A stretch of 63,426 nucleotides of DNA, counting the filler, from Choristocarpus tenellus KU-1152 (taxonomy: Eukaryota; Protista; Phaeophyceae): the NCBI GenBank assembly GCA_964200185.2. It is 11 parts of 11 records of this genome, joined end to end, with 100 filler letters (N's around TTAATTAATTAA, not from the genome) between each part and the next. Parts side by side here need not be neighbours in the genome. Positions count along the whole stretch, not along the records: positions 45,071 to 52,549 come from CAXNAD020006093.1; positions 52,650 to 58,475 come from CAXNAD020009661.1; positions 58,576 to 63,426 come from CAXNAD020012797.1; 8 more parts are not named here. One strand, 5' to 3'. Under the pieces are notes generated by a model. That model made no database searches and was not told the origin of the DNA. It saw nothing but the letters and a program-made list of their open reading frames with translations. Of this stretch, positions 51,050-63,426 are shown piece after piece; the first letter of the stretch is position 1; every line of letters begins with the position of its first letter. A program made the position numbers and the translations under genes.

Positions 51050-52500
51050 GTCGCCTATGGCTCTTTCTTTAAAAGGGCATGGGCTTCAGCCTTCTGTGCA
51101 GACTGGCGCCCGACCTGGAGGAACATTTCAGCGGAATGGGGCGATTTGATATAGGGGTCCCAAATGGGGTGGAGTGTGCCCTGCTGGACATGTTGCAACC
51201 ACCAAAGCCGTACAGCGGGTCCAGTCAATCTTTGGAACCCAATGGTCTCCTCCCAGAGTTGTCCGGATGACACATCCATTTCTACAAGGGAGATTGACTG
51301 TACGACAATAACTAACTGCTTTTGAGCAACTGGAAACTGATCTACATGAGGTAGGCATCGCCCTCAACATGGACAACACCTTTGCTGCACCTCATCAGGA
51401 CTACCAGCCCACGCCCTCAGAAGACCTTCCGGCCACAGCAGGAATCAACCTGACGCCGGCCGGACCCAGTGGGAACAGATCAATTCATCCAAGCTCGCAT
51501 GGCAGAGGTGATCGAGAGCTCAGGGTCACGAATGCTGGCCACGCACCTGTGTGAGATGAAGGACAACCAAGTTGCCTGGCTCATCAACTCCTGGTCCCTC
51601 TCTTCCCGCTTAGGTTATTTGGTAAGGGCCCCTCCCATCCACCTGGCACGCTCCACCATGGAACAAGCAGATAACACCTCACTGTGGACGCTGGATAAGA
51701 GAATGGAAGTAGCACACACTGCAGGAAACACTGACTACTTTGAAGGGGTGTGTGAAAATGAGTCTCTTCACCTGGAGAGGCTCGAGGTATCTGGGGGGAG
51801 GGGGGTTCTACACCATAGTGTCCATTTGGGTCCTGACCAGGAAAAGTGCACACACGTTATCCATCCGACACATGCAACCAGATCACCCAAAAATTGCGAC
51901 ATGGAAAAATGTGTCTCAAATGGACAGCCACCACCACCCCCCAGATACAGAGTCAGATACACCAACAAGTACAGGCAAAGATGCCTACAAGTTTGAGGGG
52001 GTTGGGCCTATCCTCTATAAAGCATCACCAGCATGCAGCCTTTGTAGGATCACTGGTTGCCACTCTCCCCACCCTCTTAGCAAGGCAACAAGGGCCTCAT
52101 GGAGTCTTTCTCATAAGTCATTTGTATTAACCCCACCTGGGATCATCCATCCACTCCCTCCCCTCGACAGGAGTCCCTTCAGAAGACTTCGCGGAAATTA
52201 TTGACCAAGGCTGGGTAGCCTGAGGGGGAACAACAACCCCTACACCTGCCCCAGAGGTTCACACTCTAGCCGCCCATGATGCCAGGATCATAAGGAGGAT
52301 ACAACACGAGATTACCCACCTCTGAACAGGATCCGGTTTGACTCTTTCCGGACGCAATTGGCCAACCTACCAGACGATGCAGAACAAGGGAGATAAAGTT
52401 TTTTGCTAGCCCTGGTCTGCCACCGGGGCCAGTGTGGACAAGGGGCAAATGCATGGGCCTCGGCACAAAATCCCTGAAACCAGCACGCCAGATCCCTCCC
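51050..52500 (+). mobile_element. Decayed CRE/SLACS-type non-LTR retrotransposon reverse transcriptase region
   Basis: GRFDIGVPNGVE; GTDQFIQARM...QVAWLINSWSLSSRLGYLVRAPP; QVQAKMPTSLRGLGL (QAxLPxxxGGLG motif). Contains frameshifts and a MITE insertion. Confidence 0.7.
51779..51954. mobile_element. MITE family A, diverged copy 3 (176 bp)
   Basis: GGCTCGAGGTATCTGGGGGG...CCCCCCAGATACAGAGTC; TSD AGA at 51776-51778 and 51955-51957. Removing it restores LHLE-IHQQVQAKMP in the host RT frame. Confidence 0.85.
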
Positions 52501-52649
52501 ATAGAGATTAGACTCACCGCCAGAACATGATCCTTAGGGAGGGAGGAGGNNNNNNNNNNNNNNNNNNNNNNNNNNNNNNNNNNNNNNNNNNNNTTAATTA
52601 ATTAANNNNNNNNNNNNNNNNNNNNNNNNNNNNNNNNNNNNNNNNNNNN

Positions 52650-52799
52650 GGTAAAGTGTATATGTTCTGAAAAGGTGTGTCTGGAACATGGATATCGACA
52701 CTTCCTAACAAACACGATAGTCAAAATTACATCAAAATCACAACATTGGATTTTGGCCCCCAAATGGGCGCGGCTCTACCCTCTAAGATACTTTAACTC
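52650..52799. mobile_element. MITE family B, right part (left part in gap)
   Basis: Ends CCCCAAATGGGCGCGGCTCTACCCTCTAAGATACTTTAACTC. Confidence 0.8.
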
Positions 52800-53016
52800 T
52801 GAGGGAGAAGGAAAAACAACGCACCACACTCCAATTGATGGTGAGACAGGAAATGGAAAATGAGTTGAAAAAGATGTATCGGATCTACCTCCAAAAAAAG
52901 GCATGGATCCATCACTCAAATCCAAGAGAAATGCAAGGAGAGGGAAAGAGGGAAGAGAGCGAGAGAGAGGTAAAGCTCAAGAAACTCCGATCCACTACTG
53001 ATGTGGGCAGAGATAA

Positions 53017-53274
53017 GAGTGAAAGTATCTTAGAGGGTACGAATTTTGCCCCGTTTGTCCATTTGGGTTTGGCTTCCCACGAGTTCTTAATGACATTTTA
53101 CAAACTCCAAGATGTTCCGGAGTAGGTAAAATGTATACATTATGAAAAAGTGTGTACGGAACAAGGATATAGACATCTTCTAACAAACATGATAGCCAAA
53201 ATTACATCAAAATTGCAACATTGATTTTTGACCCCCAAGTGGACGCGGCTCTACCCTCTAAGATAATTTGACTC
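53017..53274. mobile_element. MITE family B, full-length copy (258 bp)
   Basis: 22-bp imperfect TIRs GAGTGAAAGTATCTTAGAGGGTA / TACCCTCTAAGATAATTTGACTC; ATAA on both flanks (53013-53016, 53275-53278). Confidence 0.9.
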
Positions 53275-54699
53275 ATAAGAAAATACGCAGAAAGAAAAAC
53301 ATGATTATTCAAGGATCACCTCCAGTGTCAAGGACCATAATTGGTTGAAGAAGGGGCACATGTATACATGTGTATATTCATACGCATTTCAGAGCATCTA
53401 TATTAACTCCTAAGATTTGGTAGGATACAACCTACCACCATCAACGCTAAGAAGAGTATCTTTGGTTGGACAAAATTTTAATGGTGTTCACTCAGGTATG
53501 ATGTTGTGTACCTGGAATAGTATTTGCTGAGAGAGTAGAAGCAAGGATTACTCAACATCCATGAGTCAAGGAACTGAGTTATACCTTCTATCTGCATCGA
53601 AAGTCTTGGAGCAAAAGCACTCCAGAACTCATTTTTTTGCCTTGTGCAGCAATGTGCAGGCGTGGTCTAATTCAGACTCTTAAGTTTCCGTCTCCAAGTC
53701 AAGAAAATATGGTGCCACTTACTTTATCAAAAGAAGTTGGAGAAAGACTCACTAGCCCACCCCACCATCACCATCATCACCGTCACCAACCTGTTTCTCA
53801 CTCTTGCCTCCAGATAATCCACCACCTTCCTCACCAATCATAGAGCCAAACCAATTGAGAGGTAGGCAGGTTTGGGCCCTTTTGCATTGTACGTCATTTT
53901 TCTTACATGTGCACTACACTCTAATTCATAGCCTATTGTGCACAATATTGTAGGCAAAATTGATATTCCCCTTTCCACATACAAAGTAACACCACAATTA
54001 CGGAAGACTCTCTCTGCAATTGTACAAAATAGTCTTTTTACCCTTTCTTGGGGATCCTTAAAATGCAACCCTGCCTACTACCTCTCAATTGGTTTGGCTC
54101 CTTACTTGATGCAGTACTTGTAAAACAAATTATCTCATCTAGCTCATCTCTCAGATCCTACGCCAACAGTGTATGGCTTGATGAGTTATCACATTTGAAA
54201 ATGTTGTGCGTGCCTAGCAAGTCTAGCACTTCACCTGTCAACAATACAACGACGGGCTCACTATCATTGTTGCCCTCATCACTCTTCTCATGATCAGAAA
54301 TATTCTCATCGGGAGTGTAACAATCGAAGCACAGCCTGTTCATGTCATCGACCCCATGTGTATCCACCGTGCCACAATTTCGGTACAAGCAATATGATTT
54401 ATAATAGTATCATAATGTCTACACCGACAGTGTTTTTCAGTTAAGTGTGTTGGTTCGGGAGTGTTGTTAGGGATGATACAGCCATGTTTCACAGTGGCCA
54501 AGGATCAAGAGTTACCCTGAGTTTTATGCGAAGAAATCCAAAGTAACGTTTGTGTCAAAGGTCAAAATGGTCGCCTTCTCGGTGAGCACTTGAAGACTGT
54601 TACAATAATAATCATAGTACATAGTACATCTAACCCTACTAAATATACGACATAGGGCATTTATGAACCAAAAACTTGATACAAATATCTATATTATAA

Positions 54700-56400
54700 G
54701 ATTTTTTCTATTTTTTGAGTTATCAACACACACAGACTCCCATCGCAAATATTCATATTTTAAGGTCATGTTCCAAGCGTGGTCCCATGCTTATTCATGG
54801 GGAAGAAGTCGGTATAACACCTACTTTTCTGGCATGGGGCAAAATGAGGGTCATCTCTTTTGGGACGTAAGATCTCAACTCCAGGTCTGTCAATAATCAG
54901 AATGCAAACACTAGGTATAGTCACGGGCCTCATTCCGCACAGTCGAAGATGACATCCATGGTACCCGCACGATTTTGGATGGTAGTTGCTCTAAATTGAG
55001 CGCTGCAGAACTGTGTATTGTACGACCGCCCTATAGGGTCATTTCGAGTCAAGGCTAGTCCTCTCTGTTCAACAAACCACCAAGCTTACAATCAGCCTAC
55101 AAATATATTTGCAAGTTCTTTGGAGAAACAAAAAATATGTATATAAATATAGCGATCTTGAGAAAGTCAAGCAGCAATACTATTTATTACAGGGAGAAAA
55201 AAATTATAGGGAAATCACTTCAAACACGTTTCATCAGAATAGCGGTTTCAAAATGAGATTATGGAAGGCATCATTTCATTTGAACGGGTATTCTTCTTAG
55301 CACTTCGGTACAGTTGAGGACTGCGTGTAACTTCTCGCCTCAGCATTGTCCACGTCCCTTACCTATAGGTAAGCGGAGAGGTGGGGGAGTGAACGAAGGT
55401 GCGAGGTGGACATGTTACTATCAGGGTCATACCCATGTTGTTTTGTGTCTCATCACCGAATGTGATAGACCTTGTCCTTGTGATTTTGATGCAGCAAAAC
55501 CAAGCACTTCTGTGCGGGAACACGGAGTGTTAGTTTAGAGGATTCCTTGAAAAAGCGATAACACTGGAATCCTTAAAAGGTTGGTGTCATCCCGTATGAC
55601 AACCCACCTCGCCAAGACCATTCTGATGTGTATGGTTGCTGTTTTCTATCGTATCCACCCCTGATGCCTTTCCCAAATCACCTCACAAACAGGTCAAGGA
55701 CCAACATGTCCTTGCTCCAAAACCTCTTTCTCCTGGGAGTACTGGTGCTATCTTCGTTAGGTGCTACACATGGCAAGGTGAGGGTCTGACTACTTGATAG
55801 GAGGAGTCGTCAAAAGTCACTCTGAGCAGACACTTCTCTATCTAACATTTTCTCGGTCTTGTAAGGAGTCCTTTCTCTTCTTCGCATTATTCTTGGGGGG
55901 GTAGGCTCCCCATATCCCATTTTGTCTCGGTTTCCGACAAGACCTAAGAGTTGTTTCTCGGTTCGCCTGAAGACGAAAACGTGACACCTCGTCTTTGCTG
56001 ACACCTTGGTTCCATCTTGTCTTCTACCAAACCGAAACGCAAAAACGAAGCAGAGGGCGGTTCCGGATATTTACCGAAGGCGTCGGGGTATCCTCACTCT
56101 TTCAAAGGAGGTTTGGAGCTTTCTCCATGGTGGCTTCTGCCGGTTGTCTGGGTGCTGCAAGACACACGAGGACGACATCACAAGAGCTTTCCAGGAAACT
56201 GAGAACCTGAAACAGCAGGAGGTGGGCAATTGCCTCCCTTGGTGCCTCATCTCCACCATTGTAGGTACATGATAGTGTGGTGTTCCCCACACTTCCACTA
56301 CATCACCACACCCCACGTCCCCTGCAGAAAATTCCAGTCCCTCTTGAAATTAGACTCAAGAAGGCTTCAGTGTGACCTCAACATGATTCCACAAGGTTCG
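54700..56400 (-). mobile_element. Decayed LINE-like RT remnant
   Basis: Intronless, stop-riddled coding-like sequence with degenerate PTxxE, RGF and DLxKA blocks in the expected order. Confidence 0.3.
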
Positions 56401-56640
56401 ATTATGTATACTGTGTGCTCGGCAATAACATCATGTAAACCTACCTTTTATGTGTGAAGTATGTTAACTCTCATCAATAGTTTACTTGGAATCACTTCAT
56501 TAGATCAACCTACAATCTACAACCAACCCAACATCCGTATCCCTGGGAGCAATAATTTTGCGCTTGTGCTTGACTCACCTCTGTCCTTTTTGCCTCTTCT
56601 TCCTCACTTCCTTCCTTGCCACGCTTTTTGACATTCTAAA

Positions 56641-56713
56641 TTTAGGGTTAGGGCCAGGGTCAGGGTCGGGGTTAGGATTAGGGATAGGGCTAGGGCTAGG
56701 ACTAGGACTAGGG
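56641..56713 (+). repeat. Interstitial degenerate telomere-like hexamer array (TTAGGG variants)
   Basis: TTTAGGGTTAGGGCCAGGGTCAGGG...CTAGGG; similar short arrays near 44376-44414 and 45149-45162. Confidence 0.8.
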
Positions 56714-58707
56714 CCTCTTTCCACAATCAGGATTGTTAACCCCGTTTACTTCTGGAAGTTTATTGCAAATCACCTATGTAGGAGCTGCCGAATTTTTGCA
56801 TGTATGGAGCAGCTTCTCCAATGTCGCCCACTTGTTCCAATATCAAAAATCCTAATCCCATTGATGGAAAGCTGAAGAACCCCTTCCAAAATCTACGACT
56901 TCATATCTAGTACCTGAAAAAAACCCTACTATTTATCACATATATGTACACAATATGTTGTTAAAGTACGCATTGGTCGATCCATTCTTTTGCTTGTGAT
57001 CAGAGAGAGAAAATATGTAACAATAGGAAGGAATGGAAACACTATTCGAAATTTTAAGATAGAAGCGAACTGTCCAACTAAGTGTACCCATTGGTTGGTT
57101 TCAGGAAATACCCTTATCAGAGCCAGTACCAGTACCAGTACCAAGTCCTACCTCCAATAGAAATACGCAGTCCCAATGATCCAATAAACGTTCAACTAAA
57201 ACATGAAAATATTGTTCAGTAATTTCAAATAACATTTTCTAGAAAATTTCCGATGTATTTGACAAGAGTTGAAACATTTACACAGCACGAGAAACGAGGT
57301 TCTCTAAGGAAATATATAACAAAGCACAGCATCCACATGAACTTCAATACACACAACAACAACAACAAAAATTCTTCGAAGAGCCATCAATGGTGATAGC
57401 TCTTCGATTCATTGAACCTTACTACACCCCTCTTCAACCCATACCCACGATAAAAGGAAATGCAGATCAAATCAACATATGGATAAATCATTAGGGTTAT
57501 GATACAGGGCCCCAATTTTGTCCCAATATGTTTTGATTAGGTATAAAATTTGATTGAAAGGTAGACAAAAATATTGCAGTGATCAGGAAGTTTTTTCAAG
57601 ACAAGCAATACGAAAAACATGTAACACATTAAAATATCCTAAATAATCGTGATTGATGGATCAGAAAAGAAACAACCACAAAGAAGATTGTTCACTTTTT
57701 AGAAGTTATTTGTCAGACAAACCTGTAAAAGAAATATTCTAAGATATTTACAAACATCTTACACCCTTGTATGTTTAAACAGACAAAATGTAAATATAAA
57801 GCCTTTCCAACTATATATACTATTATATCCTCTTACGTTTTGTAGATGTGTCTAGTAAAAGCCAAACCAATATCACAAGAACCCCTGAATCTTAAGACAA
57901 TGGTAAGAAAATATAGAGTTTGTATATGTAACAATTTCCATTTTATATTTTAACATAATTTTATATATTTCCAAATTTCCTAAACAATTTTGTAAAATAA
58001 TATGCCACCACCTACCCACTTTTCTCACTTGTTACTTAAACAGGAACTATCGGAAGTTATTATGGAACCAATCATGTCCCTCTTCCCATTCCCCCCTTCT
58101 AGCCATCTCCTTTGCACCCTTCCTCATCCTAGGGCCCATCCACAATACCAACCCACTCCAGCAGTTAGCTTGCTCTCAACATGCGACATGACATCTTTGA
58201 TAGATGATGTGATTTGTGACTGTCAATTTGAAGCTAATCCAGCCTCTCAAGATGGAAGCAGGAGCACAATTATCACAGTTGTTTAGAATCAGCAAACTCA
58301 GAGAAGAATAGCCCTTCCCAGATAGTACTCAATTCCAATTGCTAATTTAGAACAGCATTGCAATGCAAAAACCAACAATGAAGTCTCTGCAGGGTACATG
58401 CCCCACTCATGCTTGTGATATTTCTCTGTGGTGCTTCAATAACCATTCTCATCCCTCCCAGTCTCAATGTCAAGANNNNNNNNNNNNNNNNNNNNNNNNN
58501 NNNNNNNNNNNNNNNNNNNTTAATTAATTAANNNNNNNNNNNNNNNNNNNNNNNNNNNNNNNNNNNNNNNNNNNNCATTCATTAACCCCCCCTCCCCAAC
58601 CCTGAAAAAACTTCATCTTCCCCCCCCCCCCCCCCCCAACGAGTCACTATCTTATCCTTGTGCTCGTCATTTCAACTTGTGAGAGGAGCCTTCTGCTTGA
58701 AACTGAC

Positions 58708-61093
58708 CTGAAGAGTAGCGTCAGCGGATGGAGTCTCTTCCTCCAGGGTCTGACACCTCTCTTGCACCCATCGATACAAACGTTCATAGGCAGCCTCCTG
58801 GTGTTGACTTAGTTGTTCGAGGAGTTCAAACCTTTTTGGAGTGTGCCACATAAAACGGTCAAAGGGAGAAGCAGAGTGAGGGTAAGGGATGGCCCAAAAA
58901 AGTGTGGAAAGGGGCAGGGCGAGGGGTGAGGTTTGAACCTTACTATGGGGCTGGATGGGGGCGGTTCAGCAAGGGAGGGTTATGTAAATGCTACCCTGGG
59001 TCCTAGTCCACTGGAGCGAACTGCATGACCTGCCTACTCTTGTTGGCCACAGGTGATGTCCAAATGTGTCCAATAAAATGATCCAAACAAGCTTAATGAA
59101 ATAATCTCAACCTTCCTTTCAAGAATTCCAATGTTATTGACCGGAGTTCTGCCACTCATGCCGTTCTAGCATGTCCAATTCACAAAATCAACCTGAACTC
59201 TTTCCAAATAACCTCTGCTAGAGCTCAAATGAGTCCAGGCAAGACTGTGACGACTGAGCTATTACTATCGACCGAAAAACAAACGCCACCCAAGAACTTG
59301 AGGTACCCTAAACAAAAAAATGGACAAGAACGCAACTCTTGCAGTTGTACATGAGGAGTTTGGGTCTACACTAGTCCTTGGAACACGTCGATATTGCATC
59401 TACAGTCCTATTTCAATCCTTGCGGAGACTTTCTTGGGAGGTAATTTGTCATGGTCAGTCCCAAGCAGTAGAAATGTATTCGAGACATGAGCAAGTTCCA
59501 ATACATGATAACAACATTCACTACTTCCTTCCATGCCTGGTTTTCTTCTTATATCACACCATCTATGACAAGTTCCAGTAGCCGCCATGACCTCCTCTTC
59601 CCCCTCTCCTGCAAGCAATATAAAGCGTGCCCCATCAATCCTTGTAACATTTTGCTTTTTCCCTTACCCTGCACTCTGATGCCCAGTTCCCACGAGCCTC
59701 GCACACTCTCCCCTCACAGTCTTGAGGCGTTGGAGTGCTGCAAAGAAACGTAGGCCTTGGTCCGGCTCCAGAGGGGCTGATAGAGCCTCTGTTTCCTTGT
59801 GCGATAGTTGGAATTTGCGGAGGAACAAAGACACCTTCCATGGGGGGGGGGGACAAGGCAAGTCGCAGGAACAAAAGTGTCGTGTTGTGTGATTTCGAGT
59901 GGTGGGGATTGAAGGCGAGGGTGAGCTTGTCCCCACCTTATGAACAGTTGCGTTCTAAACATTGTGATTGTAAGGTGTTCTGGCTCCTGAGGCAATGGAT
60001 TATATATTGACAACCTAGTAATGTCTCCAAGAAGGCAGAGTATATTTCCTTCACCCTCGCGATGACAAGCGAGCGGCCATTTGCCACGAGTCTGAACATG
60101 AGGCGACTTCAGAAGAACTTGCAAGCTCCGATACTTGCATTAAGCTGATAAGATGTTCACCTCTTCTTTACTTCTGGCTGGAAGATCCCTGTGCCCTCAA
60201 AAAACCTTTTTGTGCCTGAGTGCAGGTCTCCTCATCCACCCAACAATTTAGCCATTAGTGTGAGATAGTAGGTTAATTGGGTCTGATCCGACACAACAAT
60301 TCGGATGCACACTCTGGTGTTGACCTCGACAACTCACCTGCTCAGCTTGAGTGCCGAGCTTCGTCCTCTGCTGGCGTAGAGCTTCCGCCCTAGCTGTGAA
60401 TTGACGCATGCTGTCATCTGCCTCAGCCAGTCGCTCAGATATAGACGTGCAACCATCCTCGAGGCCGGTCACGTATTGGTCAAGACTCTCGAGCCTCACC
60501 TTCAGGCGCTCAAAGCTCTTCAGGAAGCACGCGCTCAAGTTATAATTCTAAGGGACGTTCGGTACATAGGGAGAGCACATAAGCTGGCAATGATCGAGTC
60601 CCAGCTTACTGGGGCGTTGGAGGGTCTCGTAACCAAGCGGAGGTGGACTCGCCAGACCTCTGTGGATGCAGAGCCTCTACCCGGTGCTTTCTACATTGGT
60701 CGAATGGGACTACCTCTCTTCCAATGGAACGCTACATTAAACAATCCGATAGGTCGTGATCACCTCTATATTGAGATTATTGCAACATGAAGTTGAAGAG
60801 CTCAGAAAACACCCTCTGATGTAGCACAATGCAGGTGTTATCCTACCATTCCTGATTCACTCATTACACCTACACTTACATACCTGCTTCTCCAAGTCCT
60901 CTCTCAGAGATTTACGGGCATCCAGCGTATTCCCTCCTTTTCCAACCCCTGTGCCCGCCTTGGTAATTTTCTCCTGCTCGAGGTGCTGCTCCGCAAACAG
61001 GGTACTAATCGCCTCAAGAGACTCCAGCATCGCAGGTGCATCCGTTCGCATCTCCAGCACCTTGGTGAGCTTTTTGTCCAGCACCCGAGACAT
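58708..61093 (-). CDS. COG6: Conserved oligomeric Golgi complex subunit 6; exons 61093-60884, 60547-60338, 59834-59668, 58831-58708; 3'-truncated by gap
   Basis: LDKKLTKVLEMRTD, NTLDARKSLREDLEKQ, FLRKFQLSHKETEAL, FFAALQRLK and ELLEQLSQHQEAAYERLYRWVQERC match the COG6 N-terminal pattern; splice phases are consistent. Confidence 0.9.
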
Positions 61094-61681
61094 GATACCA
61101 ACAGGTGGTTGGGTGCTTGCACACCAGTCGGCAAGGGATCTTGGAAACTTGGATGCAATAGTTAGGAGTGTTCTTGTGAGGAAGTATTGGTATTGTCCAG
61201 GAAGGCATGGAGAATTTTAAATCAAAATATCTAGGTAGTCGATGACATGATAGGGAAATCATTAAAGAGGGGAGTAGAACATGCACGTTTGAGCCCGGTT
61301 CAATAACGAGAACCTTTTTTGTTGAATACTATTTCCTTTCCTGCACGGTTATAGTGCCGTCTTTGATGATGCTACATGCTGTATCAGTCTCGAACCTCCT
61401 GTCCAAACGCAACTTGTTTCTTGCCACGATCTTCATCTATGTTAACATTGCGACGGGGCTTGCACCAGGACTTCGGCCCTTATGCCATCCATATTGCGCT
61501 GATTCTTTGTGTCGACGTAAGTCGTGCTGTTTTAAGTTAGATGGTTTGTAAGCGACAACCAAATCACTGTCATAAAACTCCGTGTGACCATCTGAGATTG
61601 TAAACTCTTTTGGTAATCCTTCCTAATCCAGGAGGCATTTGCCAATATACCTCTGAGAAATCAAATGGTTTCACCCTTGAA

Positions 61682-62098
61682 ATGACTCCCACGGACAATG
61701 CCGGGGTGACTGGCGAGGCCATGGCTGTCCAAATGGTGGTGGTTGGGAAACTGATAGTGGACGAGTTTGAGGTCGCTGGTGTAGAGGTGAAGGACACAGT
61801 GGACGGTCAAGTAGGATTGAAGCAGCTTGTGGAGCGGTGAGTACTCTTCTCATGGAAACCACCCTAATTTCGTCCCCCATCTCCTCAGATGGTAATAGAG
61901 ATAACATATAGTCGCTACAGTGCCTTGCAATGGGTAAATATGTAGAATGAGCAGGGATTAAATCTTTAGAACCAATCAGGGTGCATCTTATGAGGGGTCT
62001 CCTTCCCCTGTCGACGTTTTTGTTCTCTCTGCACGGCAGGCTGGGTGGTGGTAGTACCCAGGCAGCTTTTGGGGGAAGAGTCTGGGGCAAGAGTGTAG
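61682..62098 (+). CDS. First two exons (61682-61836, 62040-62098) of a PfkB/ribokinase-family protein
   Basis: VVVGKLIVDEF...RLGGGSTQAAFGGRVWG matches the PfkB N-terminal G-x-x-x-x-D and GG-x-x-x-x-A signature; phase-2 GT-AG join. Confidence 0.7.
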
Positions 62099-63426
62099 GT
62101 GAGGACCTCTCCTCCATGTTGTTTCCAGACCGTGTCTCCACTACCCCAACCCCGACCTTACTCCTCGTACAAGCAGGAACTAAGCTGCTTAAATGTGTTA
62201 CTCTTTGACAACACGTACTTGCACACAGACCCTGGCATGGCCACATTGATGCGTAAAGAATTAAGGGCATGCAATGCACTCACAACCTCCTCCACTCCCG
62301 TCCAACACGATCGTAACAACTTTACTCCCTAAACCCCTCTGACTTTCAAATTTCCTGAAGTAGGCCTGGTGGCACCAGCTGGGGAGGATTTTCCACCTCA
62401 CATGGAAGCATACTTGATGTCCATGGGTGTAGACGTACAGGGGGTGGCACGATTGGAAGGCTTCAAGACTCCTCGGGAGTTGATTCGGTGCGATCAGCTG
62501 TTGTTTACAGCAAAGGTGCCGTAGGCCCACCTTCCCCCACTCCCTCCTCCGCCCTCAGCACTTCACCTTCTGTTGTGGCAACTGTAAGTAGTCAAGATGG
62601 GAATGATCCTCTACTTTCATACCTATCATAGAAGGGTACCACACACCCTGGAGGAATTTCCAGCATGAGAAGAATTACGTTATTCCTCCTTGCCTGCTCT
62701 AGACATTCCTTGTTTAGGAACCCTTGTTGCACAACCATAAAGTACTCCCCCTTCTCTCCTTTTCTTGACTGGAAATGGCACTGCTTTGGGGTGCTCTGGA
62801 GTGCTTGAATTAAAAGTGTCCAAAACGGTAGATGCAATAGTTCTCCTGTAGGGCAGTACACCAGCCTCGTCATGAGAACAACTTCCTCCTGTTTTTTAGG
62901 TAGTACATGCAGTTTCATTTTGCTCTTGTGGGTGACACAAGACAGAGCAATGCCCAATGAAGTGCTTCAGTACTTTCCTTGCTCTCTCCGACCCTGTATT
63001 TCATTCGTGCAACCATCTACAATAGATGCCCAGCAAGATTAGAACCCTTCCAGAAAGAACAGTAAGACCTGGTAAGTAAACAGTGGTTGAGTATTGTCAG
63101 TCAATGCGCTGGTTGTGCAGAACAACCTTCCTCGTGCATGGCATCGTTATTTTGCACACACACCGACGCCGGAATGCATCTTATTCTCATGAATGTATCT
63201 GCCCAAGTGTCTGTTTAACCAAACACGACCTACTGTCACTTTTAAAAAAAAACCAACAACAGTGGGCTACTACAGGGCCACAAACCGGTGCTTTGCGACA
63301 ACCGCGTTCCTCATAATTCCTCTCCATAGGAGACAGACCGGACATGGTCTCGCTTAGAGACCACGATACACTTCCCCCTGAAACAAGAAGTACCCCCCCC
63401 TTTTTCCCATGCACACTAGTATCAAT

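Overview
Eukaryotic, intron-rich nuclear DNA, most likely a photosynthetic stramenopile such as a brown alga or relative. This is inferred from a bipartite plastid-targeting leader, TTAGGG-like repeats and head-to-head gene pairs. The window consists of 11 contigs joined by artificial 100-nt spacers (N44-TTAATTAATTAA-N44), so adjacency across spacers is not evidence of linkage. Genes rebuilt by hand from GT-AG exons: a 5'-truncated RecG-family helicase continuing in frame into a complete C-terminal DEDDh (DnaQ-like) 3'-5' exonuclease (the most striking find); SLBP with a long RG/RS-rich N-terminus (3'-truncated); NF-YA/HAP2 (apparently complete); COG6 (3'-truncated); and the 5' ends of a PfkB-like kinase, a REX1/SDN5-like protein and a plastid-targeted protein. 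There is also a 3.4-kb intronless orphan ORF and a tRNA-Gln(CUG). The rest is decayed transposable elements (pogo/Tigger-like, CRE-type and other LINEs, copia-like gag), mini- and microsatellites, and two related MITE families. One MITE family has TIRs carrying GT-donor and poly(C)-CAG-acceptor motifs in both orientations. All family assignments come from motif recognition by eye; no database search was run.
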